This document shows, one piece after another, positions 29,090 through 51,193 of a stretch of 64,000 nucleotides of DNA. The notes beneath the pieces are model-generated. The model was given only the letters and a program-made list of their open reading frames with translations. It was not told the origin of the DNA and did no database searches. The first letter of the stretch is position 1. Every line of letters starts with the position of its first letter. This stretch comes from Oopsacas minuta (lineage: Eukaryota > Animalia > Porifera): assembly GCA_024704765.1 (NCBI GenBank), contig JAKMXF010000312.1:1-64000 (forward strand), given 5' to 3'. Made by a program: the position numbers and the translations under genes.

Positions 29090-29616
29090 TCTGGGGCCTT
29101 ATTAACTAAAATTCTTAAGTCAAATTCTTAGAATAATTCTAAGAAAAATATTTAGTGAGGTAAAGAGGACACTTAACTTATAATTTATTCTACTTTTCTA
29201 TGAAATTATAATCAATACGCATTTATTTACAAACAAGATTGTTCATCGCTTCAGACAATATGTTTGATTATCATATCCACATGTTGTAATACCCGCTATT
29301 GGGTGGGGCAATTATCTCATTAATGATAAATGAAGTATACAAGTAGAAGGATATTATTTTCTACTATGCGCATATCTTCTCAAAAAGCGATTGAAGTCGA
29401 ATGAATTGGCATAAATTTTATTAATCAATAGCAAGAATCAATCAAGTAGAATTACCCAATTCTAAGAATTATTCTAAGAATCCGTTAAGTATAGCCAACT
29501 TAAGAATTCTTAACGAAAACTAAGAATATTTCATGATTTCTAAGAATTATTCTTAGAAATACACTTAGAATTAAGTTAAGAATAATTCTTAGAATTTTAG
29601 TTAATAAGGCCCCAGA
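29090..29616. mobile_element. MITE-like non-autonomous element with 26-bp perfect terminal inverted repeats
   Basis: TCTGGGGCCTTATTAACTAAAATTCT (29090-29115) and its exact reverse complement (29591-29616). Subterminal TTCTAAGAA/TTCTTAGAA arrays, no ORF. No target-site duplication is evident. Confidence 0.75.
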
Positions 29617-29652
29617 GACTATCCCTTATTTATTTAACATTATTTCCGCTAG

Positions 29653-30487
29653 TTCTGGCGGTTAGCGGTACCTGTGAGTTTAAATTTGAGGTATTACATG
29701 CCCCTGTTACTCCTGTCCTCTGCGAGGAGGTGATCACTTGTCTCCTTGGGTGGGGGGAGGCCTCGATAACGGACATCAGGATACGATTAACAGATAAATC
29801 GGAGAGGAGTAAAGATCTATTCTCGATTTGTAGAGACGGGTCTGGTAAGATCGTGAGTAATACCTGGATAGGATGGAATGGTAGACAGCCCCATGGAGAG
29901 AGGGTAGGACTGTTGGGTCACGTCTTCACACTTCCTGATCACAGATGCAAGGGTCTAGCTTCACAGGTAAGTCACTATCTCATCCATGGTCCAATCTATC
30001 AATTATAATATTATTTTAGGTGTCAAAACTAGCGCTAGAAGAATTCTACACTTCAGGAGGTCTCTGTTTGTTATTGGGGGTTGCTAACGAGTCTGCTCAT
30101 AGGATTTATTACAGATTAGGGTTCAGAGTAGTCACTGGGGGGCTGGATAGGGGAGAGAGCATGATGCTACATTCCAGACATTCCTCACCTCCTCAGACGT
30201 TGCTAGACAACTACTTCAATAAGACAGCCCCCGTGACGTATGAACCTGCTACAAGACACAATGTAGGGGACCTATGTCTCCTCTTCCAAAGGAGCAATCA
30301 GCTAATCAGTGACGAGCTATTCAAGCTGGGGGATCCCTTTGCAGCTGAGGAGGATTGTCTCACAATGTTCCTCCTCCAGGATTCTGGGAAAGTAACCGCC
30401 AGAATCTTATTGGTTGATTACCGAGTAGTCGGGATAGAATTGGAAATAGGGGATAGAAAATATTCTATTTATAGTAGCAAAAAATAA
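29653..30487 (+). CDS. GNAT-family N-acetyltransferase-like protein (start exon not found; one intron at about 29968-30020)
   Basis: Motif A GLLGHVFTLPDHRCKGLASQ|VSKLAL, then LLLGVANESAHRIYYRLGF. The frame is open upstream to about 29600 without an ATG, so the 5' end is inferred from an acceptor at 29652. Confidence 0.72.
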
Positions 30488-30624
30488 ATATCATAGCAAC
30501 CATATTCTAGTTAAGAATGTTATGTTAGATTAATGTATGTTAGTAGCTACAGAGCTCCAGACGCCTCTCGCACTGGAAAACAACAACTAAGGTATGCAAC
30601 TATTTTAGAATTCTATAAATAGAA

Positions 30625-31669
30625 CTAATCTTTCTGTGATTTTTCTTCGGATTCTGATTGATCAGCTGTTCTTATTGAACTAATCTTTCTTGGCGGGAGA
30701 CAGCTGATAATAGCTTCCTTCCAGTCTTTACAGCTGGAGTATCTAAAATTGAATAGTTACCATAGTTACGATCAGGAATGTAGATATTTCTATATCTTAC
30801 CTTAGTAAAATATCAAACACATGATTAATAGCTAGTACTGCTCTCCCCGATAACTCCACCACTTCATCTAGTCCTAGTCTCCCATGACTGAGTCCCATCT
30901 TATCTGCCCTCTCCAGACAGGCCCCCTTGTGCCTATTATGATCCAATAGACCTCCAATAACATAACACCTATCAGTTGATAGCTCTGTAATTAGATTAGA
31001 GCTATCAGCTGTTAAGTACGTAATGTGATTAGTTGAGAATACTTCTGTGATCTCCCCGTTATGTCTGTATATATCCCAGCTGGAGTGCTCAGGACATGAT
31101 CTTGCTAGGGTATCGATAACACCGTTAGAGTACCCAAATATGTGTAGCTGTAATGGAGAGGGACTACTCCTGTTAGAAGAGTAACAGTACTTTATTTGTT
31201 TGGCTAATCCCTCTCTTTCCCGCTCATTCATCAGCTGATTATATGTACAATCTATAGCTACATTAATCTTACTAGACATGACGTCACTCATTAGTGTCCT
31301 CCTTGTCTTAACACCTGCCTCCCTCTTGTTCCTGTTCCTCCTCTTTTTCTCCTCTCTCCTCTTCTCCCTTTGTCTGTTCCTGTTCCTCTCCCATCTCTTT
31401 TCTCTCTTAGCCCTTTTAGACAACTTGACAGGTGGTTCCTTTGTGCCACTATCCACATCTTCTGTAATTGGTTCTGGTACACTTTTCACACCTATAATTG
31501 GTTCTGGTACACTTTTCACACCTATAATTGGTTCTGGTTCTGTATCCTTTTTCTCTAGGATACATGACTCATCTTTTAATACTTCTATTGTGCCACTATT
31601 CACAATTTCTGTAGGTGGTTCCTTGATGCCACAATTCTCCGCTGTAGTATCTGTATATTTGCTAGCCAT
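30625..31669 (-). CDS. TRMT10A: tRNA (guanine-N1)-methyltransferase Trm10/TRMT10A-like (2 exons)
   Basis: Basic N-terminal region, VAIDCTYNQLM...LAKQIKYCYSSNR, YLTADS, YVIGGLLDHN, VLAINHVFDILL|R...WKEAIISCLPPRK. Confidence 0.92.
31465..31538. repeat. 30-bp coding tandem repeat (2.5 copies; PEPIIGVKSV) in the TRMT10A N-terminus
   Basis: TAATTGGTTCTGGTACACTTTTCACACCTA at 31465 and 31495, partial copy at 31525. Confidence 0.92.
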
Positions 31670-31687
31670 AAATACTCTAATTATATA

Positions 31688-32140
31688 ATGGTGAATTACA
31701 CCCGTTATTCTACTAGGTTGTCTGAACCCTCTCCGAGGAGACTGGTCCTATTCTCCCGCCGCTCTCCTCCCTCCCCTCCCCCTGGGGTAGTCTCACACCC
31801 CTTCTCCTACCCTGATCCCCTCGCAGACCCTACAGATAACCCGATCATTCACAGGGTCCAGGAGTTCAGGCGTCTACAGAGTGAGACAATAGCCTTCGAG
31901 GTCCGTAAGAGAAGACCTAACCTTTTTAATGATACCAGACCTAAGATCAGACCCTCCTCTGCCAGTGGACCCAGGAGATCAACTCCTAAGCCCGTTCATG
32001 TCTCCTCAAATCAATCCAGTCCCTCTAAACCTGTCAGACCCAATTCAGCTAGACAGCTGAGGCCCAGGTCCGCTAGGGGACATAAGACAGGTACCCCTGT
32101 GAAGATTAGTTCCCCTCCTAAACAGAAGAACAGATATTGA
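31688..32140 (+). CDS. Uncharacterised 150-aa Pro/Ser/Arg-rich single-exon protein
   Basis: ATG-to-TGA ORF with coding-like composition and a helical core (DNPIIHRVQEFRRLQSETIAFEVRKRR). I do not recognise the family. Confidence 0.6.
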   Translation: MVNYTRYSTRLSEPSPRRLVLFSRRSPPSPPPGVVSHPFSYPDPLADPTDNPIIHRVQEFRRLQSETIAFEVRKRRPNLFNDTRPKIRPSSASGPRRSTPKPVHVSSNQSSPSKPVRPNSARQLRPRSARGHKTGTPVKISSPPKQKNRY

Positions 32141-32266
32141 ATTAATTTTGCATTTCATTCAACCTTTATCGTTACTAAGAAGAATCGTTAAATTTCTAAG
32201 AGAATAACAATTATGTTCATTTTTAGTATATTTATTGTAAAAAATATTTGTTTATGAGAGGTTAGC

Positions 32267-43149
<10,883 letters not shown>

Positions 43150-43417
43150 ACAACGACAACAACAATCAAACTAACAAACTAACAAGTTGCTTGTCTTAAA
43201 TCAGCTTAGATCTCTTCTCAAAGTTTATAAATATTTGTTATGCGTTCATTCACTCACTCAGCATTCCGATGATGGTTGTCATGGATATAGCATATTTATT
43301 ATTTGTTGTTTGAAAATGCTATAATAAAGTGTCCCGCTATCAGCTGACCCCTGAGTACCTCTCTTAACGATTCTTATTGTTATTATTTACAAATACCTTA
43401 GCAATAGATTGGTAACC

Positions 43418-44735
43418 ATGGCTAGTGAATGTAATAGTGGATTATTTAACACCTGTGACAGGATGGAGGGTATAGGGTGTCTGTCTAGCCCCCATTCTGG
43501 AAATTCTAGTACCACCTGCTCACAGACAGGGTGCGGGGGGCAGTTGGATCGGGGAGAGGTATTACCCAATAAGGACAAATTCGATCTACACGAATGGATG
43601 AGATGTGTATTTCTTGATGATGTTGATGAAGTGAGTTATTTCATATTTTTATTTTCCAATAACTTTCTCAAAAATATTGGTTTCTAGGAAGAGATACAGA
43701 GGTATGTGTGTTTATTCACCAGAGAGGGTGTTAACTCCCCCAGGGTACTGAACCTCCTGACAGATGAGGACCTTAAGAATGAGCTAAAGATTAAATTAGG
43801 ACACAGGAGACTGCTCCTTAACGCTATTTCTAATTTCCCTGTTACATCAGCTTGTAGAGATTCCAATGGTAAGGAATGGTAACTAGGATATAGACTGATA
43901 TTCTATTGGTTAATATTATTCTATTTATAGCAACAGCATGTATGGTAGATCTAGAAATGAGCTGTGATCATCTGGACTATTCTGGAGGTATATGCTCTAT
44001 GGGGGTAACTGAGTGTAAACTGAAGGCTAAGAAATCTGACAGAGCTTTACGCAAGTTATTGTTATTGTTTATTTCTTTATTGTTTATACATATTATTGTT
44101 CTTACAGAGAGGAACACAAATGATTTTCAGCTAAGATTGGATCTAAGAGCTGATAAACCTGTACAGAGGAACGATATGCAGCAAATGAAGTTAGAAGCAT
44201 TCATGTCACGTGAGTACTTAGTTGTTTACTTTTTTGTTTGCTTGTTTATTTGTTTACTTGTCTACAGGTGTAACACAATCCTATCCTGGGTGTGAAGTGG
44301 TTAATGAGATGAACATAAAGTGCTCTATCTGTCAGAAAGTTATCAAACTAAACAATCTCAGATGTATGGAGAATTTTGATAGACGTTAGTTACTATTTTT
44401 AAGAAGAATTTACACTATTTTGTGATTAATCATGTTTTCACACCTTTGGTTTGACCCAATAGATCATGTCCCATCTGCTATTGAGGTGTTAAATCGCCCG
44501 CAGCTGTCATATATTACTATTTTTAGATCATATGATGTGCAGTCAGAAGAGATTCTCCCCCTACATAACAAACTACAGCATGAGCTGTCAGCAGTCCCTC
44601 CCCCGGTACACACAATCCCTGATGTGTCCTACGTCGCAATCTGACCTCAACATGTCCTCTCTCCCAGGGGTACCTCTACAATGTCCAATAACAATGATCC
44701 CAATATGTACCGATGTGAAGCCTGATTGTACGTGA
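43418..44735 (+). CDS. SAM-domain protein with a C-terminal C2HC-type zinc-finger-like motif
   Basis: SAM: YVCLFTREGV...LNLLTDEDLKNELKIKLGHRRLLLNAI. Later exons give KCSICQKVIKLNNLRCMENFDRH|HMMC. The middle exon boundaries are uncertain. Confidence 0.7.
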
Positions 44736-44927
44736 ACTGATTCTCTTCTATTCTTTTCTATATATCAGCTGTTCAATTGTATATTATAGTTTATTCTAAT
44801 ATACACATTTCAATGCGTTGCTATAGTTACTGATCGGGATGCTATCTTAGATATTATATTCCACATTCCACACCGTTGCTATAGAAACACAATACTGTTA
44901 GATTGATTGTTATAAGTAGAACAGCTG

Positions 44928-47587
44928 ATGTCTGCTAAATCTATTCGTGAGTATCCTAGAATAAACTTCTACAGACCCCACGATGATTTTTACACCTCTC
45001 CGCCTCACCGTGGGGGCAAGTGGCACAGGTCTAGAGGACGGAAGGAGACAGGACACAATTTTCACAGATCCTTATATGAAATATGTCTCATTAACTTAGT
45101 AGTACAATCAAAGCATCTGATTGGTCATATAAATATATTACCAGAAGCTCTGTTATGTGATTTCTACGGAGCTGTTAGTTATTTAATACTTCCATTATAT
45201 GTATATATTCACACCTTATAGTTCCAAATTCATATAGTTACATCAGTGTAACAGGGCATGTAAGAAGACAGATTTCAAGAATATTCTAACCGATCAGCTG
45301 TCAGACTTAGATGTACTACACAGACTATTGAAGGCAGAACACAGGAGGTACTAGCATTCCATACGCTAATCTTTGTAACTAGGCAGATTATTTCCTGTAG
45401 GAGTATTTTATATGGACCCATCCAGTTCCTCTGTTCTGAGACCATAGGGTACTTGGATCGCCTCATGTCCTCTTTTTCAAATATGTGTATAGCAGAGGAA
45501 GGATACATTTCTGACACCTGGAGGATGGAGCAAGTGGTCTCCTACGGGGTGTTGCTAGGTCAGCTGTTACAAGAAATAGGATGGTATAGAGCAGCTAGTG
45601 ACGTCATAAGATGTGTAATTAGATTAATTATTCCTGAAACCTCTATAAGACAGAAAGAGCTATTTATTGACACAGGATCAAGGTTATTGTTGTTTATTTG
45701 TTTATTTGTTTGTTGTTTATTTCTATGTGCATAGACTCATGCACTGTCTATCCTGTGACTGTAAGTTCTCAGAGGCTCAGGGGCTAGAGGCAAGATGTCT
45801 CCAATACATAGATCAGCTGACTAATCAGAATATAGAGATACACCATCTAGCTGTAATTCATGCTAGGCTAGCTGCTATGAATGACATTCTTTGTAACTAT
45901 TCCGTTGCTAAGAGATGGGCTCTCAAGGCTCTGGAATGTGTTAGTCTACAACTTCCTGTTAAGTCAATCGTGTTTGTGTTTGGGCAAGCTTCTAAGTCCT
46001 GTATCGTCTCTAAACTGTTCAGGAAAGCTGAATCAATAGCCAGGGGAGCTGTTAATATATCAAGGTATAGTATATGATTAATCTTAACACCTTTAGTTAC
46101 GTATTAATTATACTTTCTAGTTTATACTGCGGGACTAGTGACCCTGTGTATTCAGATGCTCTAATGCATTTGGGATACTGTAATCTGTCTATTGATCTTA
46201 CATCTGCAGCTGTAACTTGTTTTGAGGTTGGTTACATTATATACTTATTGTTGTCTTGTTTATATGTATAAATTAACACCTCAGAGAGCTCACACGATTA
46301 GAGAAGAAATATTTGGAGAGAATTGTGTACAGTCAGCATTTTGTCATGAAGACTTGGCTTACTCACTATATGTTAAGAATTATTTGGAAGGCTTCTTCTC
46401 CACAGCTCTGTAAGTTATTTATTTGTTTGTTTGTTTGTTTGTTTGTTTACTTAATTTGTTAACTAGTAAACATGCAGAGCTATCAATATCCACATTCCTT
46501 GAATCACTAGGAGACGATCATCTAATCACAGCCTCTGCTCGTCGAGTTAAAGGTATACATATCTAATACGTTACTATGGCTACACTAAGGTAATTATGCT
46601 ATTTCTATAGCTCTAATACAGGAAGAGATAGCTATTGACTCTAAAGACGATAGCAATAGACGGAAACTGTTAAACGATGCTCTCTCCCTCCATCTAGGCT
46701 CCCTGAAGCTGACAGTGTAAGTGATACATTGTGACACAATTCTAACACCATACGACACAATTTACTGTAATATAACACAATCTATATTTGCATTAAATAC
46801 ATTAGAAGAGTATACTTCTTTTGTTATTTGATAACACCTTATAACTGTTGCTATAATCTAATTAACCCCTCGCCAGGATGGCTTTCGGAGAGGACTCAGT
46901 CCCTACAGCTAAACACTACGGTAACCTCGGTAGACTATATCAGAGTCTGAAAGAATTTCAGGTCAGTCATTTCTGTAATAATATTATACTATTATTGATA
47001 CTATTAATAGAAAGCTGAGAAGTACCACAAGGACGCTATTAGGATCAAAGAGAAGCATCTGGGTCCTGACGTGAGTACATATGATTAATCTACACCCCAT
47101 GAGTAACAAATATGTACCCTATAGGACTACGAAGTTGGTCTATCGGTTGGACATCTAGCAGCTCTCTACTGTTACGATATGGAAAAGTTCCGTCTAGCCG
47201 AGCCTCTCTACTTCCGGTCGATACAAATAGGACTTAAACTGTTCGGGGAAGGATTCTCAGGTCTAGAATTTGATTACAGAGGACTGATACATCTTTACAA
47301 GAAAACTGGTTAGCATAGCTCTTATGTTGCTATGGTTACGATGTGTTATAAATGGAATATGTGTAGGAGATTTCACGAACAGAATGAAGTTCGTGTCTAA
47401 ATTCGATGAGTACAGATTTAAGCGGGACCAGGTGTCAGAGAAAGGGGCAACCAAGGAGGACACAGAGCCTCTCTCCCTCTTGGACACTTTAGAGGTGTTA
47501 CAATCCGGTCCACACACCCAAGGGGACCTGGACCAACCAATGGAGACCTCTGAGAGTATTTTAAACTATATAATGTCTCAAGATTAA
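44928..47587 (+). CDS. APPBP2: Amyloid protein-binding protein 2 (PAT1, TPR protein), multi-exon
   Basis: HEDLAYSLYV, AKHYGNLGRLYQS, DYEVGLSVGHLAALYCYDM, KLFGEGFSGLEFDYRGLIHLY. Confidence 0.93.
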
Positions 47588-47733
47588 TACCAGCTGTCTT
47601 TTTGAATTATTGGGACAATTCTATTGACATTAATATTCAGGATTATGTCACATATGTATACATTAACACCTTATATTCCGGTTACAGATAAGAGGACAGG
47701 TTGTACCATTATTTGTAGCTATAAACAGATTTA

Positions 47734-49113
47734 ATGGACCCATCCATGGTACAACAGCTACAGTCTGAGGTTGGTCTGTTGGTCAGAGAGCTCAAGGAGC
47801 GGGACAGAGAGCTCAATAGTATGGTACTGTCACATCAGCAACAACAGGCATGTTGGAACAAGGACAGAGAGGTTGTTATGTTCCTCAGGGATCAGCTGTC
47901 TCTAGCAGAGGAAAGGAACCTAGCAACGGACAGGGAGCTTAGGAGTTCACAGGTATGTATCTCTAGTATGTTGGATTAGGTATATAACCAGAACTAATTA
48001 TAGGTGTTAGTTACAGAATATGAGAAAGATCTGGAGACAGAGAGGGCAGAGAGGTGTCGATTGGACCAGAGGGTACAAGAGGCTCGGACACAAATTACAG
48101 AGCTAGAGAGTACTATAGAGAAGGAGATGGCAGGGAAAGAGCAGCTGATTCAATCCCTGCAATCAGCTGATAGTAGAATTGCAGAGTTGTCTAGCAACGA
48201 GATCCAAATGAAGAAGGCTATAAAACAAACATTAGAAGGTTAGTATAATTATATTATTTACAGCTGATTTAATTTGATAATTAGGCGCCGAATCCTTGGA
48301 ACAAGACCTCCAGGATAAGGTGTCCTGCCTGGAGGAACTGGGACTGATTAGAGGAGAGAATGAACAGCTGAGAGAGGAGGCTAACGCTAGTAGAGACAGG
48401 TGTATACAGCTATCTAATCAGCTGGAGGGTGTGACGAGGGAGTTTGAGAGAGAGAGGGAAATTTCTGTGAATACTCAGTCAAAGTTGAATAAGTAGATAA
48501 TATTATACTAAATGTATATGTGCAGGTGTTAAGTGGTGTGATTTATAGTAATGTGTCTACTCTTGAGAAACAGCTGGAGGTGTATAGGACAGCTGAGGAG
48601 AGGAAGACACATCTCCTATCATCTTATAGGACCAAACAAGAGAGATTAGAGAACGAGCTGAGGTGTTTGAGAGAAGAGACAGGTAGATACAATTCTAATG
48701 GGTCTGTACCCTTACAGGTGCTTAATCATGTATGTACAAGTGTACCCTCCTTTATATCGTATTTATAGAATAGAACAGATCTGATTTCTCCTCATAAACC
48801 TACACGAGACCTCTCTCCCTCTAGTCCAATCAAATTAGAGAGTCATCCTCACCCCCTGCGGATACGAGACGATCCCTTCCCCACTCCCTCTAGTCCCGTG
48901 TCTCCCTGTCTCATGAGACCATGTACTCTGGAGATTATCCAGGATGTGGATGAGACCGATTTAGTTATGTCCCAAGAAGTAGACAGAGTAGCAGCTTCTT
49001 TAGAACTCAAGTTGGATACCATTCTACATTCCATAGATCCACCTAGGTCTCCATGTCAACATAACTCCCTATCTGCTATTCCAGAAGAAGAATTAGAAAT
49101 TAGAATAACTTAA
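47734..49113 (+). CDS. Coiled-coil domain-containing protein 62-like
   Basis: EVGLLVRELKERDRELNSMVLSHQQQQACWNKDRE resembles the CCDC62 N-terminus, followed by heptad-rich exons. Confidence 0.7.
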
Positions 49114-49346
49114 CTCGAATTACTTGTCACGTCAAATTTTTAATCATATATTCAGATAATTAATTACATATTTCGACATCTATCCTGTTACTAAGGAGCA
49201 TTAGGTAACGATAGTTCCGATTGTTCACACCTTTATGATGCAAAGGCGATTTACATTTCTATTTTACTAATTCCTCTTACTCTGCATTACCCAATCAGAT
49301 TGCTCTCTTATTGGTATATATTACATAAACATTTTAGAACATATAA

Positions 49347-50934
49347 ATGGCTACAGAGGACACATCACCAGAAGAGGTTCTGCCCCCAGGGGAGCTAGAG
49401 AAGAGACTCAGGGACCCTCACTACAATAACCCCACACCTGATCCAATAGCTCAGAAACTAGTCATAGAAGCTGACGGGAAATTAGTGTCCAGCAAAACTT
49501 TCATAGGGAAATTGTTTGGAGGTGTACAGAAAGTTGAAGAGGCAGCTGAGGCATTCCATAGGGCAGGTTGGTTGCTAGGATAATCAATTGGCAATTCTGC
49601 TATTTGTCACCTTTCCTCTCAGTTATGGAGTTTGCTTTATGTTCTAACATATTCTTCATGTACTATTTACATTCTTTCGGTAACTAGGGAATCTATTCAA
49701 AGTGAACAAGAACTGGGAGTTAGCTGGGGATGCATTCACGCGTGCCTCTGAGGTACAGTCCCAGCTGGACAGTAGACACGAGACTGCTACTACTCTAATT
49801 GATGCTGCTGTTTGTTATAAAAAGTGTAATCTAGCTAAAGCAGCTGATAGCTATAGCAAATCCAGTGAGGTAGTATATACATTCCTTTATCACTTAGTTG
49901 TAGTTATGATATTATTATTCAGGTGTCAAAAACACACAATTTTCATGACATATAAACAATTAATATTTCCACAAATGTTTTGATTTAATTAGCAAATACT
50001 TCATAACACCTCATGTAGCCATCTGTATTAATAATCACCCTTAGGTGTTATTATTGTTCCTAAAATTTGTACTTAAACTGAATATTATTTTGTCTGTATT
50101 ACACTGGTTTATACTGGTCTCATACTCCCCGACATTCCTATACCTCTATCTGTTGCTATAGATATACCTTGAGATGGGTCGTTTCAACATGTCCGCTAAG
50201 TATAACATAGCTCTAGCAGAGGTGTTAGAATCCATGAATGATATATCAGCGTCTATAGACAAATACCTGAAGGCAGGAGACATGTATGCAGCAGAGGATA
50301 GTAACAGTGCTTGTAGTAAAGCATTATTGAAATCTGCTAGCTTATATGCTAAGCTGTGTAGATGGAATGAAGCTATACAGCTGTATGATAGAGTTATTGA
50401 GTCATCTCTTAAGACTAGGTGTGAATAATTTATAGATAAACAAACAAACAAACATAGCAGCTGTCCCCAACCAACCCATTGGTGTTCCTTGGACGACAGT
50501 AGGGATTCCACTGGTGAAATAGGTTGTGACCAGCTGTATTAGAATATATATATATTTATGAATTCCATTCCTCCACTAGGTTGCTATCTTACTCAGTAAA
50601 AGAGTACATGTTTCGTTCTCTCCTCTGTCAGATCCTCCTTAAGAGAGGAGAGGTAGCTAGTAAGATTGACACCTATGTACAGCTCCACCCTCCCTTCCAG
50701 GACACCAGAGAGTTAAAACTAATAACAGATGTAATAACAGCTGTAGAGGAGGGGGAAAGTGAACAATTAAATGAATTCTTTGACGAGTATGACAGGATAT
50801 CCCGATTTGATGCCTGGTACAAGTTTGTGATAGGACAGATACGACAATTGTCCTTAGATCCCCAAGGGGACGCTGACCAGAAAACAGACCTAGATGACTT
50901 GAATAAGGACTCCGATCTGAGTGATCTTAAGTAA
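49347..50934 (+). CDS. NAPA: Alpha-soluble NSF attachment protein (alpha/beta-SNAP), 4 exons
   Basis: KLFGG..KVEEAAEAFHRAG|NLFKVNKNWELAGDAF, |IYLEMGRFNMSAK, LLSYSVKEYMFRSLLC, FQDTRELKLI, C-terminal SDLK*. Confidence 0.93.
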
Positions 50935-51193
50935 CCAATTTCTGTATATGTGTGTAATCAGTGGATTGTTGCTATTTTTAGAATATTGTTTTGTTAATCA
51001 ATACTTTACTTCTTTGAGATACCCTCTAGTCCGATAGGGTAACACGTGTCACACCTTACCTCAGAGCTGTGATAAGATTTATCTTAGAAATTTGACAAGA
51101 TTATAAGTTATGCCACTTGACACCTACATGCTATATCTCATATCTGTAGCTGTCATAATATATAAGATGTTCTTAATTAAATTAGCATAGGGC

